Origin: Octopus sinensis | Lineage: Eukaryota | Length of the DNA: 64,000 nt | Direction of reading: 5' to 3' | NCBI RefSeq assembly: GCF_006345805.1 | Contig: NC_043020.1 | Coordinates: 7,006,001 to 7,070,000 of the forward strand | Shown here: one piece after another, positions 1-51,441 of the stretch | How the letters are laid out: each line of letters opens with the position of its first letter | Position numbering within the stretch: position 1 is the stretch's first letter | Translations under genes and position numbers: made by a program | The notes under the pieces: generated by a model | What the model was told of the DNA's origin: nothing | The model's database searches: none | What the model saw: only the letters and a program-made list of their open reading frames with translations

Positions 1-525
1 AGGATAAGTCACCGTCACCATTGACAGACATATAAGCAGAAGGCAGTCTCAACATCCAGAGACATTCTCTGCAGAAGTTAATTAGGACAATGCCTAAAAC
101 CAAAAACTGGAATGGTAAATGCAGCTACATACATGACTGTGTGGTTCAGAAGTTTGCTTCAAAGCTACACAGTTCCAGGTTCAAACCCAGAGCATGACAC
201 CTGAGGGAAGCATTTGCCATTACAGCCTCAACTTCACCAAAACTTTGAGAGAGAAATTTAGCCCCTAGAAACTGTGTCAGAACCCATCAACAGAATCATT
301 CTGGTTCTTACATGGAGAACTCCATGTGTTGGCTGGTTTAACACCACTACCTGGCATGTAGGTTACTTTTAACAGGGTCCACCCCTTTGCTAATATTTGA
401 GCCCAAGCTGTTCTTTCCAGTCTCAGAGGTCCTGAACAGGATCATGGGAGCAGCCCTCTCACTCACTCCTGACTGAACCATTGAAAGAAAATTAGGAAGA
501 TGATGATGATGATTCTGGTACTTAC

Positions 526-38187
<37,662 letters not shown>

Positions 38188-38265
38188 CTGCAAAAGAAAA
38201 AAAAAAAAGACACATGAATACAAGGGAGATATAAATAAGCAAATATATTTATAGATAATTTAATA

Positions 38266-38432
38266 TAGGTGCAGGAGTGGCTGTATGGTAAGTAGCTTGT
38301 TTACCAACCACATGGTTCCGGGTTCAGTCCCACTGCGTGGCACCTTGGGCAAGTGTCTTCTACTATAGCCTCAGGCCGACCAAAGCCTTGTGAGTGGATT
38401 TGGTAGACGGAAACTGAAAGAAGCCCATCGTA
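38266..38432 (+). mobile_element. SINE family A, 5' half
   Basis: Ends at the internal TA tract, where the RTE tail begins. Confidence 0.85.
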
Positions 38433-38448
38433 TATACAATATATATCA

Positions 38449-41400
38449 TCATCATCATCATCATCATCATTTAGCGTCCGTTCTCCATGCTAGCATGGGT
38501 TGGACGGTTCAACTGGGGTCTGGGGAGCCCAAAGGCTGCACCAGGCCAGTCAGATCTGGCAGTGTTTCTACAGCTGGATGCCCTTCCTAACGCCAACCAC
38601 TCCGAGAGTAGTGGGTTGATTTATGTGCCACCGACACAGGTGCCAGACGAGGCTGGCGAACGGCCACGCTCGGATGGTGTTTTTATGTGCCACCGACACA
38701 GGTGCCAGACGAGGCTGGCAGACGGCCACGCTCGGATGGTGTTTTTATGTGCCACCGACACAGGTGCCAGATGAGGCTGGCAGGTGCCAGACGAGCTGGC
38801 AGACGGCCACGCTCGGATGGTGTTTTTATTGCCCCGACACAGGTGCCAGATGAGGCTGGCGGACGGCCACGATCGGATGGTGTTGTTACGTCCCCAAAGC
38901 ACGGAGGCCAGTCTATGCGGTACTGGCTACGGCCACGTTCGGATGATTTTCTTGTGTGCCACCGGCACTGGTACCACAAGATACAAATTCCATTTATGTT
39001 CATCTATTTTGATTTGTTTTGATTTGATTTGATTTTCACTTGCCTCAACAGGTCTTCACAAGTGTCACTTGCCTCAACAGGTCTTCACAAGTGTCACAAG
39101 AAGGAAGGTATGCACAGGTGGACTGTCTGCGTCGCCGGGTCTTCGGATGGTGTCTTTATGTGCCACGACACAGGTGCCAGATGTGGCTGGCGAACGGCCA
39201 CGATCGGATGGTTTTTGTGTGCCACCGGTACTGGAACCACAAAGATACAAATTCCATTGATGTTCATCTATTTTGATTTGGTTTGATTTTCACTTGCCTC
39301 AACAGGTCTTCACAAGTGTCACGCGTGTCACACACTTGCCTCAACAGGTCTCCACAAGTGTCACACACTTGCCTCTGCCTCAACAGGTCTTCACAGTGTC
39401 ACACACTTGCCTCTGCCTCAACAGGTCTTCACAAGTGTCATAAGAGGGAAGGTATGCACAGGTGGACTGACTACGTCGCCGGGTCTTTGGATGGTGTTTT
39501 TATGTGCCACCGACACAGGTGCCAGGTGAGGCTGGCGAACGGCCACGATCAGATGGTGTTTGTTGTGCCCACAGCACGGAGGCCAGTCGATGCGGTACCA
39601 GCTACGGCCACTTCGGATGGTTTTCTTGTGTGCCACCGGTACTGGAACACAAAGATACAAATTCCATTGATATTCATCTATTTTGATTGGTTTGATTTTC
39701 ACTTGCCTCAACAGGTCTTCACAAGTGTCACACACTTGCCTCAACAGGTCTTCACAAGTGTCATAAGAGGGAAGGTATGCACAGGTGGACTGACTACGTC
39801 GCCGGGTCTTCGGATGTGTCTTTATGTGCCACCGGCACAGGTGCCAGATGAGGCTGGCGAACGGCCACGATCGGATGGTAATGGTGTTTTTATGTGCCAC
39901 CGACAGGTGCCAGATGAGGCTGGCAGGTGCCAGACGAGGCTGGCAGACGGCCACGCTCGGATGGTGTTTTTATGTGCCACCGACACACAGGTGCCAGATG
40001 AGGCTGGCGGACGGCCACGATCGGATGGTGTTTGTTACGTCCCCAAAGCACGGAGGCCAGTCTATGCGGTACTGGCTACGGCCACGTTCGGATGATTTTC
40101 TTGTGTGCCACCGGCACTGGTACCACAAGATACAAATTCCATTTATGTTCATCTATTTTGATTGTTTTGATTTGATTTGATTTTCACTTGCCTCAACAGG
40201 TCTTCACAAGTGTCACTGCCTCAACAGGTCTTCACAAGTGTCACAAGAAGGAAGTATGCACAGGTGGACTGTCTGCGTCGCCGGGTCTTCGGATGTGTCT
40301 TTATGTGCCACCGACACAGGTGCCAGATGTGGCTGGCGAACGGCCACGATCGGATGGTTTTCTTGTGTGCCACCGGTACTGGAACCACAAAGATACAAAT
40401 TCCATTGATGTTCATCTATTTTGATTTGGTTTGATTTTCACTTGCCTCAACAGGTCTTCACAAGTGTCACGCGTGTCACACACTTGCTCAACAGGTCTCC
40501 ACAAGTGTCACACACTTGCCTCTGCCTCAACAGGTCTTCACAAAGTGTCACACACTTGCCTCTGCCTCAACAGGTCTTCACAAGTGTCATAAGAGGGAAG
40601 GTATGCACAGGTGGACTGACTACGTCGCCGGGTCTTTGGATGGGTTTTTATGTGCCACCGACACAGGTGCCAGGTGAGGCTGGCGAACGGCCACGATCAG
40701 ATGGTGTTTGTTGTGCCCACAGCACGGAGGCCAGTCGATGCGGTACCAGCTACGGCCACTTCGGATGGTTTTCTTGTGTGCCACCGGTACTGGAACCACA
40801 AAGATACAAATTCCATTGATATTCATCTATTTTGATTTGGTTTGATTTTCACTTGCTCAACAGGTCTTCACAAGTGTCACACACTTGCCTCAACAGGTCT
40901 TCACAAGTGTCATAAGAGGGAAGGTATGCACAGGTGGACTGACTACGTCGCCGGGTCTTCGGATGGTGTCTTTATGTGCCACCGGCACAGGTGCCAGATG
41001 AGGCTGGCGAACGGCCACGATCGGATGGTGTTTGTTGTGCCCACAGCACGGAGGCCAGTCGATGCGGTACTGGTTCGGCCACGTTTGGGTGGTTTTCTTG
41101 TGTGCCACCGGCACTGGTACCACAAAGAATACAATTCCACTGATGTTCATCTATTTTGATTTGTTTTGATTTGATTTGATTTTCACTTGCCTCAACAGGT
41201 CTTCATAAGTGTCACAAGAAGGAGGTATGCACAGGACTGACTACGTCCCAGGTCGGGGCCACGGGTTATGGCTGACTAGTCTTGCCGGTCTTCTCATGCA
41301 CAGCATACTTCCATAGGTCTCGGTCTCTAGACATTTCCTTAGTGAGACCTAAAGTTCGAAGGTCGTGCTTCACCACCTCGTCCCAGGTTTTCTGGGTCTA

Positions 41401-44290
41401 CCTCTTCCACAGGTTCCCTCCACTGCTAGGGTGTAGCACTTTTGCACACAACTATCTTCAGCCTTTCTTGTCACATGACCATACCAGCGCAGCCGTCTCT
41501 CTTGCACGCCACAACTGACGCTTCTTAGGTTCAGCTTTTCTCTCAAGGAACTTACACTCTGACGATTATGACACTGACATTACACATCCATCGGAGCATA
41601 CTGGCTTCATTTCTTGCGAGCTTACGCATATCCTCAGCAGTCACGGCCCATGTTTCACTACCATGTAGCATGGCTGTACGTACACATGCATCATACAGTC
41701 TGCCTTTTACTCTGAGCGAGAGGCCTTTTTCACCAGCAGGGGTAAGAGCTCTCTAAACTTTGCCCAGGCTATTCTTACTCTAGCAGTTACACTTTCAGCA
41801 CACCCACCCCCGCTACTGACTTGGTCTCCTAGGTAGCGGAAGCTATCAACTACTTCTAGTTTGTCTCCCTGGAACGTGGCAGAAGTTGGTCTCTGCATAT
41901 TTCCAGTGTTTATTGCTCCTGAGCATTTGCCACAGACAAAAACTATTTTCCTAGTTAGCCTTCCTTTGACATTGCTGCCCTCTTATGTGTCCATAGCTTA
42001 CACTTGGTGCATCTTATAGAGTTTCTACCTACACCTTTTTTACAGATCGAGCAGGGCCATCTACCTGAAGGCGTTGTGTGATTGATCTACCTTCCTACTT
42101 ATTAGAACTTTGGTTTTGGCTAGGTTGATTCTAAGGCCCTTCGATTCTAATCCTTGTTTCCACACCTGGAACTTCTCCTCCAGTTCTGATAGTGACTCAG
42201 CAATTAGAGCAAGGTCATCAGCATAGAGGAGCTCCCAGGGGCAACCTGTCTTGAATTCCTCCGTTATTGCCTGGAGGACTATGATAAATAGGAGGGGACT
42301 GAGGACTGAGCCTTGGTGGACCCCAACCTCTACCCGGAATTCTTCACTGTACTCGTTGCCCACCCTCACCTTACTAGCAGCGTCTCTGTACATGGCTTGC
42401 ACAGCTCTCACCAACCATTCTTCTATCCCTAGTTTCCTCATTGACCACCAGATAAGGGACCGGGGGACCCTGTCAAAGGCTTTCTCCAAGTCAACAAAAG
42501 CCAGGTACAAGGGCTTATCTTTGGCTAGGTATTTCTCCTGCAGCTGTCTTACCAGGAATATAGCATCAGTAGTACTTTTCCCTGGCACGAACCCAAACTG
42601 CATATCATCTAAGGTAACTCTCTCTCTAATTTGGGCTACAACCCTCTCCGTAACCTTCATTACCTGATCCAGCAGCTTGATGCCCCTGTAGTTATTTGTC
42701 TCTAGGGCGTCGCCTTTACCTTTGTAGCAGTTGACTATTATGCTGCTACACCAGTCATTGGGTATGACCCCCTCGTGTATCACCTGGTTAACTATACGGG
42801 TGACTAAGCTATAGCCGACACCACCAGATATTTGAGCATCTCTGCAGTAATTCCTGATGGGCCTGGGGCTTTCCCTGTTTTCATGCTTCTAATTGCCTTA
42901 TCTACTAAGGAACTGTTAACTCAGATTGCTGGTCCCTCTGTTGGGTCGACATTCGGCAGACTCTCTTTATCCCATTCATTTTCTTCATTCAGCAACCTAT
43001 CATAGTGGCGTCTCCAAGTCTCTCTCTTTGCACCCTCATTAAGTGCAAGTGAACCGTCCTCCTTGCGAACACATTTCTCTCCTATCACGTCACGATTCTC
43101 TCTCACACACTGTCTTGCAACACGAAATACCTCAAGTCTTTCATCCTCACGACGCAGGACATTGGCAAATTTTTCCTTCTCTGCTTCCCCTCTGGCTAGA
43201 TAGACCTGTCTCCTGGCTTCCCTTCTGGCAGACTGATACACTCCCTGCTACCACCGTTCTTCCAGGCCTTCCAAGCCTGTTTCTTTTGTCTAATAGCCCT
43301 GTCAACAATATTGTTCCACCACCACGTTATTTTGGGTCTAAGGGGACTTTGCACCAGCCACAGATCTGGTCAGCGGCTTTCAGCAGGTTGTCCCTCAGAA
43401 GCGTCCAGTTGTCTTCTACCCCATGCGTAGCTATACTCCCTTCCATTTCGTCTAAAGCTTCAAATAACATATCTCTAAATCTCTGTCCATTCGCAGGGTC
43501 TTTAAGCTTCCAGACCCTTCTTCTCCATGTTGGTCGTCTTCTAGTCGCCCTCTTAGTCCTGATCCTAAAGTCACTAACTACCAGTCTATGTTGTGGGGTG
43601 CATTCTTCACTTGGGAAGGTTTTGGCATTTATAAGCAGCCATCTTTCCCTTTTTCTGGCAAGGATGTAGTCGATTTGGCTAGTATGCCGGCCCGATCGGT
43701 AGGTGACCAGGTGGCTTGTTGGTTTCCTGAAGTTAGTGTTGCAAATCATAAGACTATTCGCATCGCAGAACTCCAGCAGCCTGGTTCCCTCCTCGTTGGG
43801 GACCATAACCGTAGCCTCCATGCACGCCATGGAAGCCCCCAGCACGTCGTCCAACATGCCCATTGAAGTCACCAGCCACAAAGAGAAGGTCTCTGTCGTT
43901 CGTCAATGATGTGTCTGCAGTAGGGTGTCATAGAAACAGTCTTTCTGTCCATCAGGTAGCCCTGGCTGAGGGGCATAGGCCGATATAATAGTTGCTAAAC
44001 TATGGTGGAGCACTAATCTAATCTTAATTATTCTGTCACTTACTCTGACTACCTCGATTACCTTATCTAACCCATTTTTCGGCGATAAGCATGCCCACAC
44101 CCCCGACTCCGTCAGTATTCCCAGCCCAGAAAATCTTGTACCTCTGTCCTTTGCCTGTGAGGAACCTAGCAGAACCTCCTCTCCACCTCACTTCTTGAAT
44201 GCAGCATATATCAACCCACCTCCGTTCAAGCAATTCAACTATCTCGCCAGATCTGCCTTTCAGTGTGCCGACGTTGAGGGTGCCAACCCT
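38449..44290 (-). mobile_element. RTE-clade LINE, truncated at the start of the APE domain, frameshifted ORF, expanded 3' UTR, (GAT)n tail
   Basis: APE start RVGTLNVGTL...CCIQEVRW. RT motifs YRGIKLL, QFGFVPGKSTTDAIF, FVDLEKAFDRV, GVHQGSVLSPLLF, LLYADD and FRYLG. The ORF ends near 41300; the 3' UTR ends ...ggacgctaaatgatgatgat at about 38449. Confidence 0.93.
38620..41240 (-). repeat. Higher-order tandem array inside the RTE 3' UTR
   Basis: Anchor (aa)gatacaaattcca at 38980, 39244, 39654, 40129, 40392 and 40803, with a variant at 41127. Spacings are 264/410/475/263/411/324. Confidence 0.92.
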
Positions 44291-44319
44291 ATATTATATA
44301 TATATATATATATATGTGT

Positions 44320-44494
44320 GGTGTGGTGTGTGGTAAGTAGCTTGTTTACCACCACCATGGTTCCGTTTCAGTCCACTGCGTGGCACCTTGGGCAAGTATC
44401 TTCTACTATAGCCTCGGGCTGACCAAAGCCTTGTGAGTGGATTTGGTAGACGAAACTGAAAGAACCTGTCGTATATATGTGTGTGTATATATAT

Positions 44495-44527
<33 letters not shown>

Positions 44528-44746
44528 GTATGCGTTGTGTGTTTGTGTGTCTGTGTTTGTCCCCCTAGCATTGCTTGACAACCGATGCTGGTGTGTTTTA
44601 TGTCTCCGTTACTTAGCGGTTCGGCATAAGAGACCAATAGAATAAGTACTGGGCTTACAAAAGAATAAGTCCCAGGGTCGAGTTGCTCGATTAAAGGTGG
44701 TGCTCCAGCATGGCCGCAGTTAAATGACTGAAACAAGTAAAAGAGT
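44320..44746 (+). mobile_element. SINE family A
   Basis: Matches the consensus. Confidence 0.85.
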
Positions 44747-45144
44747 ATACAACGTTACAAAAGAGCCACCAACAGTTTCATGCAATAGGATGCATTAAAA
44801 CTACAAATGGCTTCTTTGTAATATTCTGTTAAATGATATTCATCACCAGATGTTAATGTTTTTTTGTTGATTGTACCTATGATGGAACCGTAATATATAT
44901 ATATATAATATATTGTATGATACAAACAAGAAGACTAAAGATCAAGGAGACTAAAACCCAAAGAGAACTCAATACAAGGCAATAACTGTAGACAGAATCT
45001 GTCTATTTTTACAGATACTTTGCTAAAACAATAAATTTGGAAAATAAATATATAATTATCTTAGACATTATTATGCTTCCACCCAGGTTTTAAATTGACA
45101 CCATTTATTTTAAAATCTTACACTTTAATTGATGTGTATGAATA

Positions 45145-45192
<48 letters not shown>

Positions 45193-45885
45193 AAACCATG
45201 TTTATAAACTGACATTACAAAGATAAGCAAGACATACAAAGCAATCGCATATACAGACACATTAACACACCCCTATATACACATGTGTAGATTTAATATA
45301 ATCTGTGTGTGTGTGTGTTTGTGTATAAACAAAAAGTGAAAAGACAAGAACAAAAACAAAAGAAACAAAAACACAGATTAGGATCTGAATAAAAAAAAAA
45401 CTGCGAAAGACATTTTCTGAAGAATTTTGAAGAGCTCCTTTGGTAAGGGTTGGGGTGGGGTTAGGGTATATAATTCCTCAAAAACTGGAACCAAGAAGAA
45501 TGCCAAATTCTATCTGTGTCTGTTTGCATTGGAGATAATGGAGGAAATTACATGGCAGAAGGGGTAGTGGTGTTCGTGGTGGTACCTCTACCTACTACTA
45601 CTACTGCTGCTGCTACTATTAGTATTATACTCACTATGACAAATTCAACCAAATATGTTTATCTTTTATCTTTATTTTTTTTTACTTGCTTCATTCAGTC
45701 ACTGGACTGTGGCCATGCTGGGGCACCACATTGACAAACTTTTAGTCGAATGAATGGACCCCAGAACTTATATTTTGTTCTGCCCAGTACTTAGTCTATC
45801 AGTCTGTTTTGACAAACTGTTAAGTTACAGGGACATAAACAAACCAACGCCAGTTTTCAAGCAGAAACACACACAACACACACAC

Positions 45886-45934
<49 letters not shown>

Positions 45935-46163
45935 CATATATATAATGTAACTACATGTGGAGTGTTGGTGATTTTTTACCTCCATCTTCCTTTTCTCTTG
46001 GACTTTCCTCAGTCTCCTGTTTCCGAAGTAGAGCTTTGCTCGAAACATAAAACACCATTTCTTTCCTTCCCTGAGCGCCTTATCATACTTTGCATGTACC
46101 ACGTTCTCGTGTTGTTTTTTTTTCTTCTTGTAATTTTGTCTGTTTTTTTAATTAATTAATTAA

Positions 46164-46212
<49 letters not shown>

Positions 46213-47404
46213 TATATGTGCATGTGTGTATGTATATATGTACATATAATATACATACACACACACCACACACCACACAAGATAGGTTTCTTTCAGTTTC
46301 CATCTACTAAATCCACTCTCAAAGCTACAGTAGAAAATACTTGGCCAAAGTTCAACGCAATGGGACTGAACCCAGAACCATGTAGTTTTATATTGCGAAT
46401 AGCCGTCTTCTTATTTTACGCACACACGCACACAAATACACAAAGTTTATAAGCACTTTTGTTGCACGCAGTCATGCACTTTATTCTCAAACGGTACAGC
46501 AGTAGTAGCTAAAACAGCTGTCTACAAAAGTGTATGCATGTGCGTATACATTCACCAAAGAGCCTATAATGTTGCCTAAATAGCACTGAGGCTAAGTGAG
46601 ATACAGCCACTTCAAAGAGCAATTTCAAGGGTACACCCTTCCCTTGAGAGGTTTTTTTTAACTAGAGACCTCACCACCACCGTCACACAAATCCATCTAA
46701 TTTAAAATATGTATTTTAATTAACCTATTTATCTGTGTTAAAATATGTATTTTGACACAGATTTATTTGCTATGACATTTGTTACACCCTCCCTCACATT
46801 ATATGTAGTTAATTCAAGGATGCCAGGTCCTCATTAGGGATTAGATAATCCAAAAATTTCACTGGTTAATCCCTATCATATAAGGAGAAAATCTCAATGA
46901 TATTCTTTTATTCGCTTAAGTCATTATTTGACTGCGGCCATGCTGGAGCACCACATTTAGTCGAGCAAATCGACCCCAGGACTTATTCTTTGTAAACCTA
47001 GTACTTATTCTATCGGTTTCCCCTTTGCCAAACTGCTAAGTTACGGGGTTGTAAACACATCAGCACCGGTTGTCAAGCGATGTTGGGGAGGACACATACA
47101 CACAACGGGCTTCTTTCAGTTTCCGTCTACCAAATCCACTCACAAGGCTTTGGTCAGCCCGAGGCTATAGTAGTAGACACCTGCCCACGGTGCCAGGCAG
47201 TGGGACTGAACCCATAACCATGAGGTTCATAAGCTAGCTACTTACCACACTGTCAGGGTTTGTGCCTATGTTAGAGATTATTATAGTAATACATATTGTT
47301 AATAATGAAAGGAAATGAAGAATTATAGATGTTTAAATAATTTATTTGTATGATTCATACATCCACAATTCTCCATTTTCTTTCTTCTTTATGATTATAA
47401 ATAA

Positions 47405-47447
<43 letters not shown>

Positions 47448-47600
47448 GGTTTGGAGATGATGTACAGGTATTTTATATTAGAAGAAAGAGGTACTCAGAA
47501 ATTCGGATGTTTTATATTTACAGATATTTATTAGTATATTACATGTTTTTATACATCATGTATCATATACTAGCGCTTTCATGCATTCTAGTGAAGTCAT

Positions 47601-47700
<100 letters not shown>

Positions 47701-47773
47701 GGGGGGGAGAGGGAGGGAGAAAGAGAGACTTGGTGATACATACAGGAAACACAGAATTCCAAACATGTGTACA

Positions 47774-47826
<53 letters not shown>

Positions 47827-49214
47827 TAGAGCAGAAGCAACTAGCTCAAGGGCCAACAGTTCCATCCATTAGCACTTATCACTCAATAAGTGCTAACACA
47901 CGAATCTCTCAAGCCTTGAGTCACACTGTTGCTTTTCCGAAATATACATACATACACACACATGCATACACACACACACACACATACATACATACGCACA
48001 AACACTTGTGTACTCGAGTTCTCAAATAATGACAGAGCTATTGTTGAACAATGTACGTGATGGCAGTTTTTAATTTGAGTACAAAGATGTAAATAAAAAC
48101 ACCAAAATAAAAGGAAATCAAAAATCAAAAAAAACCCGTCCTCCCTTCATCGCAAAACATTGTACAGACTCGGATTGCTTTTAATATGTCCAATATGTCA
48201 TAGACAATGATTCACTGGGTTTTTCCATATTCAGTTATTTTCTACAACAAATGTTCTCTCTCTAATTTCATAAATGCAGTACACACGTGTGTTCCAAATG
48301 ATAAAAAAACATCCGTATTTACACTTGGGTACATGATCTTACAAACAAGCTATATACTTGTTTTTTTTTCAAAGATTTTTCAACAGACACCAGGTTTAGT
48401 TTACACAAAACTGTGTATTTGCAACATATTTGACAAATTCCATGCAAAAGCTACAAATGTACATAATAAGCATTCCTCTTCTTTTAGATTCCATATCCAG
48501 AATGTAGGACATATGCAATCATGTCTTGCCAAAATGCAAACCATGCCGAAACAAACAACCGGGGATGGGTGCAACTCTCTGGCATGTCAACTCCAGTCAA
48601 ACTGTCCGACCCATGCCAGCATGGAAAGCAAACACTAAATGGTGATGATATTGCTGAGCTTTACCTATGAGGAAGAGGAAAAAATTAATTTGATCATCAG
48701 AATTTATGATGATGCAAAAATCGCTCAAGCAAGAAAAAACTAGCACTCTGTTGGTTTCAGCAAATATTCCAGTCGATCCGATCAGTGGAACAGCTTACCT
48801 GAGAAATAAACATGCAAGTGGCTGAGCACTCCACAGACATGTGTACCCTTAATATAGTTCTCAGGGAGATTCAGTGTGACATGGAATGTGACAAGGAGTG
48901 GTCCTTTGAAATAAAGATACAACTCGATTTTGCCAGCTGAGTGGACTGGAGCAACGTGAAACAAAGGGAATCGAACTCACAACCTTATGCTTGTGAGCTC
49001 AACACTCTACCCATTAAGCCATGCATGATGATGACATGAAGAGAACAGAATCAACTTTCAAATACAAAAAGTAATTAAGAGAATGGCCAAATTATTCCAG
49101 CACGTGTGGAATAATTTAGAAAATGAATCATAAAAAGTGAGACAAATTCAACAACTTTGAATGGTCAAGAATTACTCACAAAGAGAAAAACCAAAAAAAA
49201 AAACAGTAGGTTCT

Positions 49215-50085
49215 TTTATTCTTTTACTTGTAACAGTCATTTGACTGTGGCCATGCTGGAGCACCGACTAAAAGGGTGTTAGTCGAAGAAATCGTTCCCA
49301 GGACTTATTCTTTGTAAGCCTGGTACTTATTCTATCAGTTGCTTTTGCTGAGCTGCTAAGTTATGGTTGCATAAACACACCAACATCGGCTGTCAAGCGA
49401 TGGTGGGGGAACAAACACAGACACACACACACATATATGACAGGCTTCTTCCAGTATCTTATTTCTTTATTGCCCACAAGGGGCTAAGCATAGAGGGGAC
49501 AGGCAAAGGGATTAAATTGATTACATTGACACCAGTGCGTAACTGGTACTTAATTTATCGACCCCGAAAGGATGAAAGGCAAAGTCGACCTCGGCGAAAT
49601 TTGAACTCAGAACGTAATGGCAGACGAAATACCGCTAATCATTTCGCCCGGCGTGCTAACGTTTCTGCCAGCTCTTCCAGTTTCCGTCTACCAAATCCAC
49701 TCACAAGGCTTTGATCAGCGCAAGACTACAGTAGAAGACACTTGCCCTTTGGTCAGGCAAATCGACCCCCAGGACTTATTCTTTGTAAACCCAGTACTTA
49801 TTCTATCGGTCTCTTTTGCCGAACTGCTAAGTTACGGAGACGTAAACACACCAGCATCGGTTGTCAAGCGATGTTGTGGGGGACAAACACAGACACACAA
49901 ACATATATATATATTTATACATATATGATGGGCTTCTTTCAATTTCTGTCAACCAAATCCACTCACAAAGCTTTGGTCGGCCCGAGGCTATAGTAGAAGA
50001 CTCTTGCCCAAGGTACCATGCAGTGGGACTGAACCCAGAACCAGGCGGTTCGTAAGCAAGCTACTTACCACACAGCCACTCCTAG
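49215..50085 (-). mobile_element. Nested SINE cluster: family B inserted into family A, next to another family A copy
   Basis: The B copy at 49456-49672 is flanked by a 9-bp TSD tcttccagt (49447-49455 and 49673-49681). Confidence 0.85.
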
Positions 50086-50677
50086 GCCTTTCTCCAAAGA
50101 TTTCCTGAAGAAGAGGTCTTAACTCAGACATACTGACATTCCAGATAAAATTGATTTATTTTATAAATGACAGTTTTAATTTTTAAAAAAGAATATATAA
50201 TTCAAGACATTTATATACATGAGACAATGCTTCATGAAAACTACACTAAACTTCCAACTGTCATTATTTTGCACCAACCATGATCTCTCCTGTACTCCAT
50301 CCTTAACATTTCTTTAACCTGCTGTCACTCCCAATGCCCTCCACATATCCCCCACCCCCCAGAGCCACCCTAATATATCTCACCATCATTTATTACAGCC
50401 ACCTCTATCCCACCCAACCATCCCTCCTAGCATTCTTATGAAGACTTTTCCCTCCATCCCCCCTGCCTACTCACCCAGACCCGATCATCTGTATCTCTTT
50501 ACTCCATGTCTCCCACCCACCATACCTAGAGGGTGTGTCCTGAAACATATCCTGAAACACCACCATTTCTCCCACTTTTCCTCCAAGCCTTTCTTTGCGT
50601 TGCCTTCTTCAACTGGGGGTACCCTTGTATCTCTTCTACTGTAAGGCATTTATCTTTCTCCCTTCTATTCTTTTCAT

Positions 50678-51441
50678 CCATTGGTTCTCAACTGGGGTCC
50701 ATATAAGATTTGGGGAGGGGTCCACACAAAGTAAATTGGGGATCCACAGTAGTATTTTAAGGGCCCCTGAAAAAATTTTGCTTTAGATGTGTTGCAGGAA
50801 ACAGCTGGGTTTCTTTCTCTAACATTTTACATAGTCTCAATCTACACAAATTGATGGGTGAAAAACGAAATAGGGATTTTGAAAGACATCTCTATGAAAC
50901 TAGTTTTTAAACATCAAATGGCTATGGGTGGGTCCACCAGAATAAAATAGTAATCAGAAGGGTCCATAGACAGATAATAGTTGAGAACCCCTGCATTTAA
51001 TGTACGTAATGGTGTGTATTGCAAAGAACCAGCTGGGTTTATTTTTCTAACGTTTTACATAGTTCAACCTATACAAGGGAACGTGTGGAAAACAAAATAG
51101 GGATTTTGAAAAAAGTTTCTATGAAACTAGTTTTTAACCCTTTAGTATTTAAACCGGCCATATCCGGCCAAAATATTTAATCTGTTTTATGTTCAAACTG
51201 ACCAGATCCAGGCTCTCGCACCTACCCTACAATGTTATTCTATATTAAGTAATTACACCATCAAGATCTTGAAGATATGAGATAATGCATAATTAATTCA
51301 AATCAATGGGAATCAATAAGCATTATGTTTGATAGAATAATCTGAACACTAAGGGGTTAAACATCGAATGGCTATGGGTGTCCACCGGAATAAAATAACA
51401 ATCAAAGGGGTCCATAGGTAAAAAATGGTTGAGAAGCCCTG
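50678..51441. mobile_element. hAT-like element with a duplicated 3' part and a nested piggyBac-like MITE (51134-51360)
   Basis: Left end cattggttctcaac; right ends gttgagaacccctg (about 50993) and gttgagaagccctg (about 51441). The inner element is TTAA-bounded. Confidence 0.7.

Noticed and set aside
38620-41240. Tandem array as a CRISPR array or hammerhead retrozyme
   Set aside because: Eukaryotic context, no unique spacers, no cas genes. The look-alike cores (cagatga..gaac; ctgttga..gaaatc) lack helix I/III pairing and are part of the RTE UTR.
48207-48638. 143-aa plus-strand ORF in unique sequence
   Set aside because: No recognisable domain, AT-rich composition, and it runs into an RTE tail; the minus frames contain stops.
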